This document shows, piece after piece, positions 1 to 11,106 of a stretch of 64,000 nucleotides of DNA. The stretch spans positions 33,747-97,746 of the forward strand of contig JAGVER010000014.1 in the NCBI GenBank assembly GCA_020058085.1, given 5' to 3'. The stretch comes from Candidatus Omnitrophota bacterium. GTDB lineage: Bacteria > Omnitrophota > Gorgyraeia > Gygaellales > Profunditerraquicolaceae. The notes under the pieces were generated by a model. That model worked only from the letters and a program-made list of their open reading frames with translations. It ran no database searches and was not told the DNA's origin. The position numbers were made by a program, and so were the translations under genes. Position 1 is the stretch's first letter. The number at the start of each line of letters is the position of its first letter.

Positions 1-73
1 GAGGGAGTTGAACCCTCACAGGTTGCCCCACTACCCCCTCAAAGTAGCGTGTCTGCCATTCCACCACCCGCGC
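1..73 (-). tRNA. tRNA-Leu(GAG), 3' end truncated by window edge
   Basis: Reverse complement reads GCGCGGG-TG-...AATGGCAGA...CTACT-TTGAGGG-GGTAG...long variable arm...AGGGTTCAACTCCCT, a type II tRNA with anticodon GAG. The acceptor 3' strand lies beyond position 1. Confidence 0.6.
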
Positions 74-108
74 AAAATTTTAAGCAGGGTTATTATATAA
101 CGGGAAAA

Positions 109-1326
109 TTAAAAACTCAACAGAAACCTTAAGCCGCAGACTAAAGCTGTTTCAGCAGCCTTATCGGCGTTAGGATTAGTTACTATCTGTAAATTAGGCG
201 TAAGGATAAGAAAACTATTTAAATTATAACTATAATATACTTCATAAATAGTTTCAGACCTCGCTGCCTCCTCTTCACTGGCTTCGCGATAATCTTTGCC
301 CATAATCGACCGGGCTACCCCTACCCCCAAACAATCAAACTTACGCCCGGGTATAGGTTCAATAATCTGTCCGCCAAAAGACCAGAAATGTTTGATATCC
401 CTTACTCTCTCATCAGCATGACCATAACGTAAAAATAAAGTAATCCCTTTAGCTATTTCCTGATCAAAACTTATCCCATAACCAAAATCCTCGCTCCTCT
501 CCCCCTCCCCACCAATGCGCTCAAGCTTTTCATGATTCATGTGGAAGATAAACCGGTAGTTTCCTTTAAGTGAACCGATCTTCGGGCTTAAACCAATTTC
601 ATTCACGAAAAATACGCTGTTAAACCCATCGCTTAAACCTGTTTTCGTAGAAGATGCCCTGGCAGTAGATGCGCCTGACTCAAAATAGATCCATTCATAT
701 GGTTTAAATTCTATTCTTGCTCCCAATCCTTTTGCGGGAAATGGTATAGTCAAACTATTAATAAGGGCGCAGGACAAAAACTGCGTATCGCCTGATTCTG
801 CCACGAGATTACCGTCAAACCAATCAGATAGATCCAGCTTTCCAACCGAGAGAGATATCCTCTCTGTAAATAAATTCTGCTCTATATAAAACTCGGGAAT
901 GTAAAAATCAATATCTTCTCCTGAATTAGTATTACAACCGGAAAACGTTGAGATAAACTGGTCAACCCCTCGGCCTTTATCCGATTCTAATTCAATAAAT
1001 GTCGCGGTCCCCGGCCAAAGCCTCTGTTCAATCTCAAGATTTAAATAACCTACCCCGCGAATCTTACCTTGATCGCGGATGCTCTTTATAATTATCTGCT
1101 GTGTATAATTTACAAGGAAGGCGAATTCTGTCCCATATTCCTCAACAAGATGTTCCCTGTATTTGGTAAGGCTGTTAAACCAAGACCCGGAGGAAGAAGC
1201 TTCTCTCTTCCCCTCGGATATCTCGATTGGAGTAAGGCTGGCTTCGGATAAAGGCAGGAACGCGTACGTAATAAAAAATACGGACAAGACAAAATTGAAA
1301 CAACTTTTAATTACGCGCACCGGCAT
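109..1326 (-). CDS. outer-membrane porin, carbohydrate-selective (OprB-like) beta-barrel
   Basis: 405 aa with an N-terminal signal peptide, glycine/aromatic-rich composition typical of beta strands and a C-terminal Phe. Composition-based call only. Confidence 0.35.
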   Translation of the reverse strand: MPVRVIKSCFNFVLSVFFITYAFLPLSEASLTPIEISEGKREASSSGSWFNSLTKYREHLVEEYGTEFAFLVNYTQQIIIKSIRDQGKIRGVGYLNLEIEQRLWPGTATFIELESDKGRGVDQFISTFSGCNTNSGEDIDFYIPEFYIEQNLFTERISLSVGKLDLSDWFDGNLVAESGDTQFLSCALINSLTIPFPAKGLGARIEFKPYEWIYFESGASTARASSTKTGLSDGFNSVFFVNEIGLSPKIGSLKGNYRFIFHMNHEKLERIGGEGERSEDFGYGISFDQEIAKGITLFLRYGHADERVRDIKHFWSFGGQIIEPIPGRKFDCLGVGVARSIMGKDYREASEEEAARSETIYEVYYSYNLNSFLILTPNLQIVTNPNADKAAETALVCGLRFLLSF

Positions 1327-1369
1327 AAGAATTTACTGCGATGTTTGATATAGATATGAGATAGGTGAT

Positions 1370-2779
1370 TTATGGGGAATGATATTTATCGGGTAAATCG
1401 ATTTTTTCCGTAACAGCCAACGACTTGACTATAGTCCATTTATACCTATCGATATCCTTTTCTTTTTCCAGAAGATTAACCACATAGGGAATTTTTACTT
1501 TTTGCCCGTCTGCGGCATAGAGCAACTCAACCTGCGGTCTTCTGATATCGAGCACACTCTCTTTTATCACCAATCCAACGCTTTTGTCATCCAACTCAAC
1601 TAATGTTCCCGGAGGATAAACCCCGAGTACCCCAAAAAAATTCTCTACCAACTCTGGGTGCAACTGGGAACCGGCAACCTTGGTTATCTCTTCATAAACC
1701 TTTTCAGGAGCCATCTCGTCGTGGTATGCCCTCTTACTGCGCAAAGCATCGTAATAATCGGCAATACTCACCATCATACTTACTAGATTCGGCTTGCCGC
1801 AATAGAGACGCTGAGGATAACCTTCTGCATTATAGCCGATGTGATGTTCAAAAGAAACAAGCGCGCTCAATGGATTAATTTCAGGCGAGTCAAAGAGTAT
1901 CTTTGCTCCATCCAGAGGGTGCTGGCGAATCCGGCCAAACTCATCCGGGAGAAGTTTCTCTTTTTTTCTTATAATATCTCCGGAAAGCACCAACTTTCCT
2001 GAATCATGCAGGAGCGCAGCCACCCCGATCTCTGTTAAATGAGTACCCTGTATCCCAAGGGACTCTGCCTGGACCAAGGTTAATATAGCCACATTTAAGG
2101 AATGCAAAAATGTATATTCATCATGACTCTTGAGGGACGAAAGGATGAGCAAGGGTTCTTTGTTCTGCAACAGATTACTGATGATCCGATTAATTAGGAG
2201 ATATGCCAGTTGCGCATCGATGCGCCGGTTTTGCTGGATATCATCGGAGGTCTTTTCAAGGAATTGAATAACCTCTTGGATATTCTGCCGGGCCAAAAAG
2301 TTACTATCGGTTTCCCCCTCGGCTGACATTGAGCTGCCAGCTGCCAATCGCGAAAAAACAATCGTCTCCATACCTAACGATTCGGCCAGGTGCTTAACGC
2401 CCCCGGATTTCTCTACCGCCTCGGCACTCATATTGATAATATCAAGGAACGATAACAATTCCCTCTCCTTAGTCCCCCTCAAAAAGGAGATTCTTTCTAT
2501 CTTCAGTTCTTTAAGATGCACAATAATATCCCTTAAATACTTACTCAATTCATAGAGGGGTTCTTTCTCAAAAGCTATCTCGTTGCCGATAATACCTATT
2601 GTTATCTCCGGCTGGGATGAAGAGACGCTCTCCAGCTTCAAGAGGAGTTTCTTAATGCTTTCTTTGGTAAGCTCATGACTCGGCCCGTAGTTTTTGCTGA
2701 CCTGTCGGGCGGCAAACAACTCTTTTACCAACTCCTCAATAGGGACCCTGATTTCGCTACTACTCGAATCGTTCATCAT
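1370..2779 (-). CDS. HD-GYP domain protein (putative c-di-GMP phosphodiesterase)
   Basis: Motifs LLHDSGK (the HD) and HHIGYNAEGYP (the HHE...GYP signature) in the C-terminal half, with an N-terminal regulatory region. Confidence 0.6.
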   Translation of the reverse strand: MMNDSSSSEIRVPIEELVKELFAARQVSKNYGPSHELTKESIKKLLLKLESVSSSQPEITIGIIGNEIAFEKEPLYELSKYLRDIIVHLKELKIERISFLRGTKERELLSFLDIINMSAEAVEKSGGVKHLAESLGMETIVFSRLAAGSSMSAEGETDSNFLARQNIQEVIQFLEKTSDDIQQNRRIDAQLAYLLINRIISNLLQNKEPLLILSSLKSHDEYTFLHSLNVAILTLVQAESLGIQGTHLTEIGVAALLHDSGKLVLSGDIIRKKEKLLPDEFGRIRQHPLDGAKILFDSPEINPLSALVSFEHHIGYNAEGYPQRLYCGKPNLVSMMVSIADYYDALRSKRAYHDEMAPEKVYEEITKVAGSQLHPELVENFFGVLGVYPPGTLVELDDKSVGLVIKESVLDIRRPQVELLYAADGQKVKIPYVVNLLEKEKDIDRYKWTIVKSLAVTEKIDLPDKYHSP

Positions 2780-2822
2780 CTCTCTCTGCCTTTATTTATC
2801 CTCTCGCCCATTGCACCGTACA

Positions 2823-5090
2823 TTACGCACTATTCGCTATGCCCTTATCCTTGCATGATTCTACGGCAAGCCGGGCTATTTTTCTCACGGATTCGCTTCT
2901 GTCGTTCAACGCCTTCTTGAGAACAATCATCGCCTCAGGCGAAGCAATCTCCCCTAGACTTACCACCGCGCTGACCCTGAGTTCCCTTTTTGCTTGATTA
3001 TCCAAAAGCGGCCTCCTCGCCACTACCTGCTCCAAACAGGGTATGGCCTGGTTTACCGAAAAATCACCGCACGCCCTTATGTACGTAAGCAGATACTTGC
3101 GGGGAGAAAATCTTTTGCTGAGAATAATAAACAACTGATTTAGAAGAGGGGCGCTATTAGTTTTTACCAAGACACCAATTATTTTTTCTTTCACTTGCGT
3201 GCTTTCTTCTTTCTGAAAGATTTCAAGCAACAAACTCTTCTCTTCTTCGCTTTCCGACATAAAATTTTCCAATCCTGCGAGACGCGTGTCAAGATCTTTA
3301 CTTTGCAGCATCGTCTGGGCTGCCTTATGGGCTTCTTGAGGATTAAGTTTCTTGAGAATATCAAAAAGCTCTCCAAGAGATGAGCCCTCCTTGCCTATCT
3401 CCGCAGTAAACCGTTGAGATATACTTGCTGCCGCAGCAGGCCCAAGGCCAGCGATAACTGAGCAAATCCTTTCCTTTACTGCCTTATTTTTTTCTAAAAC
3501 ATAGGCCTCAATGAGAAGATCGGGTGCCCATTGCGATTTTGCAAGAATAGAGCGCACGTCCGGCATTCCTCTTTCATCGAGCCTTGGAATAAATGATATT
3601 ATTTTCTCCGCCACCGCTTTCTCTGTTAGCTCACCCAGCGCCGAGTGAGCATATCCGGCTATTTCTTGATTCTGACTCTGTTGGGGCTTTAGCTTCTCGC
3701 TAAAGAACTCGATACTCTCTTTAATGCTCGAGAGATACTCTGGCTGAATGATCTTTTTGCATGCGGCTGTTAGGATATCGCAAAATTTCTTAAACTCTTC
3801 CGGCTTATCTTCTTGCCATAGAATATTAAGCAAAAGCCAAATTTTCTGTCTCTGCAAACCAGGTTCCTCCAGCGACTCTAGACAATCCTGCGCAAGAGCC
3901 GATAAGCTACTGCCCTTATTTTTCCCGGAAACGCTCTTGTCAATAAGTGTCTCGACCGTAAGTTTATACATCTGCGATATAAACTGGCTGCTTGAGTTAG
4001 CCTCAAAGAGCTCTTTGACGGAAACCTGCAGCTGCGAGAGCGTATTTTTGTTAAGCAGTTTTTTCTCAAATAACTTATCGGCAAGCGTCGCCACAAGGCT
4101 ACCCGAACTTGACTCTTGAGGCACAAGCTTATCAAATAGTTTGAAAAGGTTATCACTCATCTTACCTTCACTATCAATAAGAGAAGCCATAAAATCGGCG
4201 ATTGTATCTTCTGGTAAATCCTTAAGGAAATCTTGACCGAGATTAAATGCAGAATCATCCTCCTGCTCACCGCTAAACAGATTGGCGACAAAATCAGGAT
4301 TGAGCCCGGCAATAACCTTAGTGAGGTCTTGTTTGATGACGCTAGAGCTATCCGGGGACTGTTGCTGAGCGTACTTTAACATGCGCACAAAGGTGGCGCG
4401 GAAATTGTTGACAACGGTACGGTCTTCGAGCTTCGCCAGAGCTTCTTTGTAAACTTTGTTAAGTAAAGAAGAGGATCTTTTCTGATCCTTAAGAAAATGC
4501 ATAACAAAATCTAATTTTGACTCGGGCAAGATATCCGTACCGGCAGATGAATCGAGGCTTGTCAACTCTTGCCAAAGAGTACGCTCTTCTTCGGTGACAC
4601 CAGTACTCGTTGACTCATCCCCCGCGAGAAACTTGCGGTAGTCGATTTCCTTGATAAAAATATGCCCCGCTGAAGGTATTTGGGAAGCAATGCCGCCGGA
4701 CCTCTTAATGAGTTTCGCATCCTTTACAATTAGGCAAAAGAAATCCAAGAGTTCTTTCAACTCAACGCCCCTGGAAATACGTAAAGCGATTACCCCACGC
4801 TGATGCAAATAACCAGCTACCTGCCGATAGAGATCATTCTTCTCTCGCACAAAATTATTTTGTAAAAGCAAATTATCGGATGCAACACCAGTATCTAGGG
4901 ATTCATGAACCGAAAGCCAATTATCGAGATGGCCCTTAAAATTCTTAACCGCCTGCTCGACTGCCGGATGGGCAGGGTTATATAGAGCGCTGCTCTCGAC
5001 GGCAATATTTAATGACCGCACAATAGAATCAAAGAGTTTTATTTCGCCTTCAGTAATCTTCTCTTCCGTATTTTTACGCGACTGCTCCAT
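2823..5090 (-). CDS. large HEAT/ARM-repeat-like hypothetical protein
   Basis: 755 aa, alpha-helical, repetitive. The C-terminal repeats resemble HEAT/PBS repeats (PEAMIVLKKALNDRSESVRKIARLAV). No enzymatic motif found. Confidence 0.3.
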   Translation of the reverse strand: MEQSRKNTEEKITEGEIKLFDSIVRSLNIAVESSALYNPAHPAVEQAVKNFKGHLDNWLSVHESLDTGVASDNLLLQNNFVREKNDLYRQVAGYLHQRGVIALRISRGVELKELLDFFCLIVKDAKLIKRSGGIASQIPSAGHIFIKEIDYRKFLAGDESTSTGVTEEERTLWQELTSLDSSAGTDILPESKLDFVMHFLKDQKRSSSLLNKVYKEALAKLEDRTVVNNFRATFVRMLKYAQQQSPDSSSVIKQDLTKVIAGLNPDFVANLFSGEQEDDSAFNLGQDFLKDLPEDTIADFMASLIDSEGKMSDNLFKLFDKLVPQESSSGSLVATLADKLFEKKLLNKNTLSQLQVSVKELFEANSSSQFISQMYKLTVETLIDKSVSGKNKGSSLSALAQDCLESLEEPGLQRQKIWLLLNILWQEDKPEEFKKFCDILTAACKKIIQPEYLSSIKESIEFFSEKLKPQQSQNQEIAGYAHSALGELTEKAVAEKIISFIPRLDERGMPDVRSILAKSQWAPDLLIEAYVLEKNKAVKERICSVIAGLGPAAAASISQRFTAEIGKEGSSLGELFDILKKLNPQEAHKAAQTMLQSKDLDTRLAGLENFMSESEEEKSLLLEIFQKEESTQVKEKIIGVLVKTNSAPLLNQLFIILSKRFSPRKYLLTYIRACGDFSVNQAIPCLEQVVARRPLLDNQAKRELRVSAVVSLGEIASPEAMIVLKKALNDRSESVRKIARLAVESCKDKGIANSA

Positions 5091-5190
5091 GTGAATTGCC
5101 TCGCCTTAAACAAAAAAACGCTCTCTGCTTATATTCTACTCGCCCATCAAAGGTGAGTGAGCACGAACAAAGCGAGGACGCGTCTCAGAG

Positions 5191-5265
5191 TGGTTGCCCC
5201 GCATGGAGTCGAACCATGATAGTCAGATTCAGAATCTGAAGTCCTACCAGTTAGACGACAGGGCA
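5191..5265 (-). tRNA. tRNA-Gln(CTG) with encoded CCA
   Basis: Reverse complement TGCCCTG...TCAGA-TTCTGAA-TCTGA...CATGG-TTCGACT-CCATG-CGGGGCA-A-CCA. U1-A72 acceptor as in E. coli tRNA-Gln. Confidence 0.65.
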
Positions 5266-5280
5266 AAATATTATCTTCTA

Positions 5281-5430
5281 CTAAGACTTACTTGAATCGT
5301 GAACCTTATTATACTTCTTAATCATCTCTTTGATATTACCATCAACACGACGCATGTTGATTGAAATATCGATAAGGAAAGCTAAAACAAAAACTGCCAC
5401 AACCCCCATAGTTAAAATAATCGCAGCCAT
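5281..5430 (-). CDS. small (49 aa) single-pass membrane protein, hypothetical
   Basis: ATG at 5430 preceded by GGAGG. Translates MAAIILTMGVVAVFVLAFLIDISINMRRVDGNIKEMIKKYNKVHDSSKS. Not in the supplied ORF track because it is under 60 aa. Confidence 0.35.
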   Translation of the reverse strand: MAAIILTMGVVAVFVLAFLIDISINMRRVDGNIKEMIKKYNKVHDSSKS

Positions 5431-5454
5431 ATTTCCTCCCTTGTTGGAAAAATC

Positions 5455-6750
5455 TCACCTTATAAACTTTCCCAGCCTTTTACAGATCCGCTCACTCCCT
5501 AAGTAATACATTGCCTCAAATAATCCCGGGCCGATAGTCTTTCCTGTAAGCGCAACTCTAAGAGGATGAATCAAGGCCTTTGCTTCTATGCCTAGCTCGC
5601 TTACCAAACCCCGGAAGCTCTCTTCAATACTAACGATATCAAAACTCTGCAAAACCTTTAAGCGCTCCAATAAAAGCTTAAATTCCCGTGAGAGATCCTT
5701 GTTCAAGTACTTCTCTGCTGCTGCCGGATCAATATTAAGCTCATCCACAAAGAAAAAATCTGCCCAATCTGGGAAATCATTTACTACTGACATCCTCGGC
5801 TGGAATAATTTTACCAGAGAGACTATATAATTTCTATCAAAATTATCTTTCCGGATATAATTTTTTTCTATTAACATTGGGATTATTTCATCAGTTAATT
5901 TATCACTATCTTCATTTTTAAGATACTGGTTATTTAACCAATTAAGTTTCTTTAAGTCAAAGGTGGCGGCAGCTTTATTCACATCGCTAAGATCGAACAA
6001 TTTTATGGCTTCATTTATATCTATCAATTCACAGTTGTTCCCGGGCGCCCAGCTTAAGAGTAAAAGATAATTAACCAAAGCTCCGGGAAGATACCCCATC
6101 TTGCGATAGTCGCTTATGGCAGTAGCACCCGTCCTCTTAGAGAGCCTGCCTCCCTCGATTCCCATAATCAAAGGCAAGTGCGCAAATTTAGGAAGTTTAA
6201 AACCAAGCGCCTCATAGAGAAGCGCTTGTTTGGGCGTATTGGAGATATGATCATCCCCGCGGATTACATGAGTAATGTCTGTTGTCGCATCATCGACCAC
6301 ACAAGCAAAGTTATAAGTAGGCGTACCGTCGGACTTAATAAGTACCTGGTCCTTAATTAGTTCGGCATTAAATTCTATCTCTCCACGGATTAAATCATTT
6401 ATTTTAACCTGCTGCGGCATTACCTTAAATATTATCGCTTCGCCTTGCCTCTCGGGAGATTTTTCCGTATAGGCCTTGCCTTCTTTAAGAAGTTTCTGAG
6501 CAAACTCGGCATAGATATTAAAACGATGGCTCTGGTAATAAATCTCATCCCAGTTAAAACCCATCCATTGCAAGCTGTTTAATATCTCATCCACATACTC
6601 CTGCTTAGAACGCAGTTTATCCGTATCCTCTATTCTTAAAATAAATTTTCCGTCTTTTGCCTGAGCATAAAGCCAATTAAAAAGCGCGGTACGGCCGCCG
6701 CCGATATGTAAATTACCCGTTGGGCTTGGAGCAAAACGCACTCTAACCAT
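5455..6750 (-). CDS. gltX: glutamyl-tRNA synthetase
   Basis: N-terminal RFAPSPTGNLHIGG (HIGH motif) and LSKR (KMSKS-like). 431 aa. Confidence 0.85.
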   Translation of the reverse strand: MVRVRFAPSPTGNLHIGGGRTALFNWLYAQAKDGKFILRIEDTDKLRSKQEYVDEILNSLQWMGFNWDEIYYQSHRFNIYAEFAQKLLKEGKAYTEKSPERQGEAIIFKVMPQQVKINDLIRGEIEFNAELIKDQVLIKSDGTPTYNFACVVDDATTDITHVIRGDDHISNTPKQALLYEALGFKLPKFAHLPLIMGIEGGRLSKRTGATAISDYRKMGYLPGALVNYLLLLSWAPGNNCELIDINEAIKLFDLSDVNKAAATFDLKKLNWLNNQYLKNEDSDKLTDEIIPMLIEKNYIRKDNFDRNYIVSLVKLFQPRMSVVNDFPDWADFFFVDELNIDPAAAEKYLNKDLSREFKLLLERLKVLQSFDIVSIEESFRGLVSELGIEAKALIHPLRVALTGKTIGPGLFEAMYYLGSERICKRLGKFIR

Positions 6751-7273
6751 TTCTCAATTTCACCCCTGTATCTAGCGCCTTCTGGTTAATCTTCAAAATG
6801 TCATCTCTCCCAGCAGGCGCCATCATTTTCATAACTCCTAATATATTTTTTAGACTAACCGTCTTCCTCTTGGCCAGATAAGATCCTAAGGCAACCATAT
6901 TCGCTACCCTAACATTACCTAATTCTACTGCTATATCTGTAAAAGGATACCTTTTGGCCTTGGCCTTTGCGCCTGCTTCTACTATAGAGCTGTTAATAAT
7001 TAATAACCCATTATCCTTAAGGCGGCTTTTGAATCTGGCTAGTGAAGGCTGATTCATAATGATTAAGGTATCTGTTTTATCAATATATGGAGAACCGATC
7101 TCTTCATCTGAAATAACAATCATACAATGCGCGGTTCCGCCGCGCACCTCTGCGCCATAAGCAGGAAGCCAGGTTACGAATTTACCTTCGATCATCGCAG
7201 CTTGCGCTAAAATCTTGCCCCAAAGCATTATCCCCTGCCCGCCGCTACCAGCAATAATTATACGTTCGGTCAT
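6743..7273 (-). CDS. porG: 2-oxoacid:ferredoxin oxidoreductase gamma subunit
   Basis: 176 aa with the IAGSGGQG motif typical of POR/KOR gamma subunits. Last gene of the four-gene cluster. Confidence 0.7.
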   Translation of the reverse strand: MTERIIIAGSGGQGIMLWGKILAQAAMIEGKFVTWLPAYGAEVRGGTAHCMIVISDEEIGSPYIDKTDTLIIMNQPSLARFKSRLKDNGLLIINSSIVEAGAKAKAKRYPFTDIAVELGNVRVANMVALGSYLAKRKTVSLKNILGVMKMMAPAGRDDILKINQKALDTGVKLRNG

Positions 7274-7998
7274 TTAATCCTTCCTAATGGAAACTCTTTT
7301 GACATCGTATCCCTAATCCAATCTAATGAAGCTTTTGGCGCCATACCCCAGTAAGTAGGGCATGGTGAGAGTATCTCTACAAGGGAAAAACCCACCCCTT
7401 CTATCTGATTCAAAAAAGCCTTATTTATGGCTTTTTTGGTTTTTATAATCTCCGGGGGCGAATGTAAAGATGTACGCTCAATATATTTTACTCCGGGCAA
7501 AAGCGCAAGCATCTCTGATATTTTTAAAGGATAGCCATGTAGCCCTGCATCCCTGCCTTTAATAGTGGTTGAGGTTTTCTGGTTAAGTAAAGTAGTAGGC
7601 GCCATCTGGCCGCCGGTCATGCCGTAAACTGCATTATTAATAAAAAACACACAAACATTCTCTCCCCGGTTAGCCGCATGTATAGTCTCATTAGTCCCTA
7701 TGGCGGCAAGGTCGCCATCACCCTGATAGGTAAAAACTATATTATCTTGCCTTACTCTTTTTATAGCAGTAGCGACAGCTAATGCCCTGCCATGAGCTGC
7801 CTCTGAACAATCAAAATCCCAGTAATCATAAGCAATCACAGCGCAGCCTACCGGGGCTATAGCTATCACTTTTTCCCTGATCCCTAATTCATCCACAACC
7901 TCCGCGATAAGCCGGTGCGCTATGCCATGCCCGCAACCCGGGCAATAATGAGTTGAAAGATTACGCAGAGATTTAGGATGGCTGTATATCTTTTCCAT
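7270..7998 (-). CDS. porB: 2-oxoacid:ferredoxin oxidoreductase beta subunit (TPP-binding)
   Basis: Cys cluster CPGCGHG and the TPP motif GDGD...N. 242 aa. Confidence 0.75.
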   Translation of the reverse strand: MEKIYSHPKSLRNLSTHYCPGCGHGIAHRLIAEVVDELGIREKVIAIAPVGCAVIAYDYWDFDCSEAAHGRALAVATAIKRVRQDNIVFTYQGDGDLAAIGTNETIHAANRGENVCVFFINNAVYGMTGGQMAPTTLLNQKTSTTIKGRDAGLHGYPLKISEMLALLPGVKYIERTSLHSPPEIIKTKKAINKAFLNQIEGVGFSLVEILSPCPTYWGMAPKASLDWIRDTMSKEFPLGRIK

Positions 7999-8000
7999 AT

Positions 8001-9053
8001 CTATAACCTCATAACCTTTTTTATGATCTCATCTTCCGTCGGAATCCCGCCGCCTGAACGGCCCAGAAATTCAACTCGGGCCTTTCCTTCCAAGACGAGC
8101 CTTACATCTTCAACCATCTGGCCATAAGACATCTCTATCACTAAAAATGCTAATGGCTTATGGCTTATGGCTAATCGCTTAAAAATGTCTTTGGGGAATG
8201 GCCAAAGAGTAATTGGACGGATTAAGCCGGATTTTTTACCCTTACTTCTTAAAAATTTTACCGCGGACTTAGCAATCCTAGCCATGCTTCCATAAGCGAC
8301 TAAAATAACTTCTGCGTCATCTAAAAATAACCCCTCAAAACGCTGCTCTTTTTCCTGTATCTGATTATATTTCTTCTGTAAAGTCAGATTGAATCTTTCT
8401 AAATCACCTTCGCGCATATAAAAAGACTTTATAATATTAGGTTTCCTTCCTTTACAACCGGTTAATGCCCAGCTCTTTTTAATTTTTGATATTTTATTCC
8501 TTGTATTCGATATCTTAACCGGCTCCATCATCTGGCCTAACATGCCATCTCCTAAAATCATCGCCGGATTGCGGTATTTATCCGCAAGATCAAAGGCAAC
8601 GCGCATAAAATCAAAACTCTCCTGCACAGAAGCAGGAGCTAAAACTATACAGTGATAATCGCCATTGCCTCCTCCTCGGGTTGCCTGAAAATAATCTGAT
8701 TGCGCCGGCCAGATATTTCCCAAACCCGGGCCCGCACGCATAATATTTACAATCACCGCCGGAAGTTCCGCCCCGGCGATATAAGATATCCCCTCCTGCT
8801 TAAGGCTGATTCCCGGGCTGGATGATGAAGTCATCGCACGCACGCCTGCGGCAGAAGCGCCATAAACCATATTAATCGCGGCAATCTCTGATTCTGCCTG
8901 AATAAATACGCCTCCTTTATCCTGCAGATGCGAAGACATATAAGCAATAAGCTCATTCTGCGGAGTAATCGGATAACCGGCGTAAAAAGTACATCCTGCC
9001 TGTATTGCTCCTTCGGCTATAGCCTCATTACCGCTGATTAAAACTTTTTTCAT
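8001..9053 (-). CDS. porA: 2-oxoacid:ferredoxin oxidoreductase alpha subunit
   Basis: 350 aa with GNEAIAEGA...AGYPITP at the N terminus, typical of POR/VOR alpha subunits. Confidence 0.75.
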   Translation of the reverse strand: MKKVLISGNEAIAEGAIQAGCTFYAGYPITPQNELIAYMSSHLQDKGGVFIQAESEIAAINMVYGASAAGVRAMTSSSSPGISLKQEGISYIAGAELPAVIVNIMRAGPGLGNIWPAQSDYFQATRGGGNGDYHCIVLAPASVQESFDFMRVAFDLADKYRNPAMILGDGMLGQMMEPVKISNTRNKISKIKKSWALTGCKGRKPNIIKSFYMREGDLERFNLTLQKKYNQIQEKEQRFEGLFLDDAEVILVAYGSMARIAKSAVKFLRSKGKKSGLIRPITLWPFPKDIFKRLAISHKPLAFLVIEMSYGQMVEDVRLVLEGKARVEFLGRSGGGIPTEDEIIKKVMRL

Positions 9054-9256
9054 TATTTATATACCTCGATACAGCAATCCGGGCAGATAATCGCGCATAA
9101 TGCACAGCCCAAGCAACCGGATTTATCACTGAACTTAACAGGATTCAACCCTTTTTTATTTAAACCCCTATCCTTGCTAATCAACTTCTTAGGACAAAAA
9201 CTTACACATAAAAGGCACCCCTTGCACTTATCTCTATCTATAATTATCTTGGGCAT
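9053..9256 (-). CDS. porD: 2-oxoacid:ferredoxin oxidoreductase delta subunit (2x[4Fe-4S] ferredoxin)
   Basis: 67 aa with two CxxCxxCxxxCP motifs. Confidence 0.75.
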   Translation of the reverse strand: MPKIIIDRDKCKGCLLCVSFCPKKLISKDRGLNKKGLNPVKFSDKSGCLGCALCAIICPDCCIEVYK

Positions 9257-11106
9257 ATTACTAATTTTATTTTATCCGCGATAGCTTTAGCGGATAATCC
9301 ATATTTTTCTAGTAACAACTCCCTCTGGCCATGAGGGATAAATTTACAGGGAAGTCCTATTTTAATTACGGACTTTGATATAAGATCCTCTAGCGCGCCA
9401 CCAAATCCTGAATCTATTATCCCCTCTTCCGCAGTAAAAATAAACTTAGATTTATTGCCTAAGGCTCGGAAGGATTCAATATCTAACGGCTTGGCAAAAC
9501 GCGCATTGATTACTGCACCTGAATAGCCTTCTTTTTTAAGCAACTCTGCTGCCTCTAAAGAGGACGAGACCATACTTCCCAAAGCAATAATCGCAAAATC
9601 AACCCCTTCTCTTAAAATCTCCGGTTTACCTAATTCAATCTTGGATACCGTTTTGTTATCCGACAGAGAATCAATCTCCCCTCTGGGATACCTTATCGCT
9701 ACCGGCTTATTTAAACGAAGAGCAAATTCCAGCATCTCCTTAAGCTCTTCTCCATCCTTAGGCGCCATATTCACCAAGCCTGGAACAGTATTTAAAAAAC
9801 TAATATCGAATATACCTTGATGCGTAACTCCATCTTCCCCTACAATCCCTGCGCGGTCAATACAAAAAACAACGGGTAGATTCTGTAAGGCTACATCCTC
9901 AATAATCTGGTCATATGCCCTCTGCAGAAATGTGGAATATAAAGCTACCACTGGCTTAAGGCCACCTTTAGCTAAACCGGCGGAGAAAGTAACCGCGTGT
10001 GACTCGGCAATCCCCACATCAAAAAATCTCTCAGGAAAACTATCGCGAAATTTATCCAAACCTGTACCTTCAGGCATAGCCGCGGTAATCGCGACAATTT
10101 TATTATCCAGCCTGGCTAACTCTAACAACTTTTCTCCAAACACTTCAGTATAGCTCTTCTTACCCCCTGTTTTAGTTATGGCTGCGCCGGTCTGAATATC
10201 AAAAGGCCCTGTCCCGTGGAATCTCACCGGATCGCGTTCTGCTGCAAAATAACCTTTTCCTTTTTTAGTGACGATATGCAGTATACGCGGGCCTTTGATA
10301 TTTAATATATTCTTTAAAGCGGGTATTAACAAATCCAAATTATGGCCATCTAATGGCCCAAAATAACGAAAACCTAATTCCTCAAAGAGGACTCCCGGTA
10401 TAAACAGCCCCTTTAAACCTTCCTCAAATTTACTCGCTAATTTAAGCAACCTCTCCGCACGCGGCCCACGGGAGGAAAGAAAATTAACCAAAGATTCCCT
10501 AAAGTGATTATATACTGGCAAAGATATAATCTTATTCAAATAATTACTTATCGCGCCTACATTAGGAGCAATGCTTAATTCATTGGTATTTAAGATTACT
10601 AAAATATCTTTTTTAAGGTGGCCGGCATTATTTAAACCCTCAAAACATAACCCTCCGCTTAAAGAGCCGTCTCCTATAACAGCTACAACTTTAAAAGACC
10701 CTGCGGGAGGGATGCGGTCTCTTGCGCAAACCAAACCCAAAGCCAAGGAAACTGCGCTTGATGAATGTCCGGTAGTAAAGACATCGAACTCCGACTCATC
10801 CTTGAGGGGGAAACCGCTTAACCCTTCATATTGCCTAAGAGTTGAAAAAACCTCTGCCCTTCCGGTAATTATTTTATGCGCATAGGCCTGATGGCCTACA
10901 TCAAAAATTATCTTATCCGTTGGAGTATTTAAACAATAATGCAAAGCAATAATCAATTCTACTGCGCCAAGACTTGAGGCAAGATGCCCGCCATTAAGAG
11001 AAACGGCCTCTATCATCTTCTGGCGTATCTCTGAAGCTAACTTCACCAAGTCTTCGTTTTTAAACTTCCTTAGATCTTGCGGTGAATTGATCTTTTCCAA
11101 AAACAT
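9244..11106 (-). CDS. dxs: 1-deoxy-D-xylulose-5-phosphate synthase
   Basis: 620 aa with the DVGHQAYAHKIITGR and TPP-binding GDG motifs of the transketolase-like DXS family. Confidence 0.85.
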   Translation of the reverse strand: MFLEKINSPQDLRKFKNEDLVKLASEIRQKMIEAVSLNGGHLASSLGAVELIIALHYCLNTPTDKIIFDVGHQAYAHKIITGRAEVFSTLRQYEGLSGFPLKDESEFDVFTTGHSSSAVSLALGLVCARDRIPPAGSFKVVAVIGDGSLSGGLCFEGLNNAGHLKKDILVILNTNELSIAPNVGAISNYLNKIISLPVYNHFRESLVNFLSSRGPRAERLLKLASKFEEGLKGLFIPGVLFEELGFRYFGPLDGHNLDLLIPALKNILNIKGPRILHIVTKKGKGYFAAERDPVRFHGTGPFDIQTGAAITKTGGKKSYTEVFGEKLLELARLDNKIVAITAAMPEGTGLDKFRDSFPERFFDVGIAESHAVTFSAGLAKGGLKPVVALYSTFLQRAYDQIIEDVALQNLPVVFCIDRAGIVGEDGVTHQGIFDISFLNTVPGLVNMAPKDGEELKEMLEFALRLNKPVAIRYPRGEIDSLSDNKTVSKIELGKPEILREGVDFAIIALGSMVSSSLEAAELLKKEGYSGAVINARFAKPLDIESFRALGNKSKFIFTAEEGIIDSGFGGALEDLISKSVIKIGLPCKFIPHGQRELLLEKYGLSAKAIADKIKLVICPR

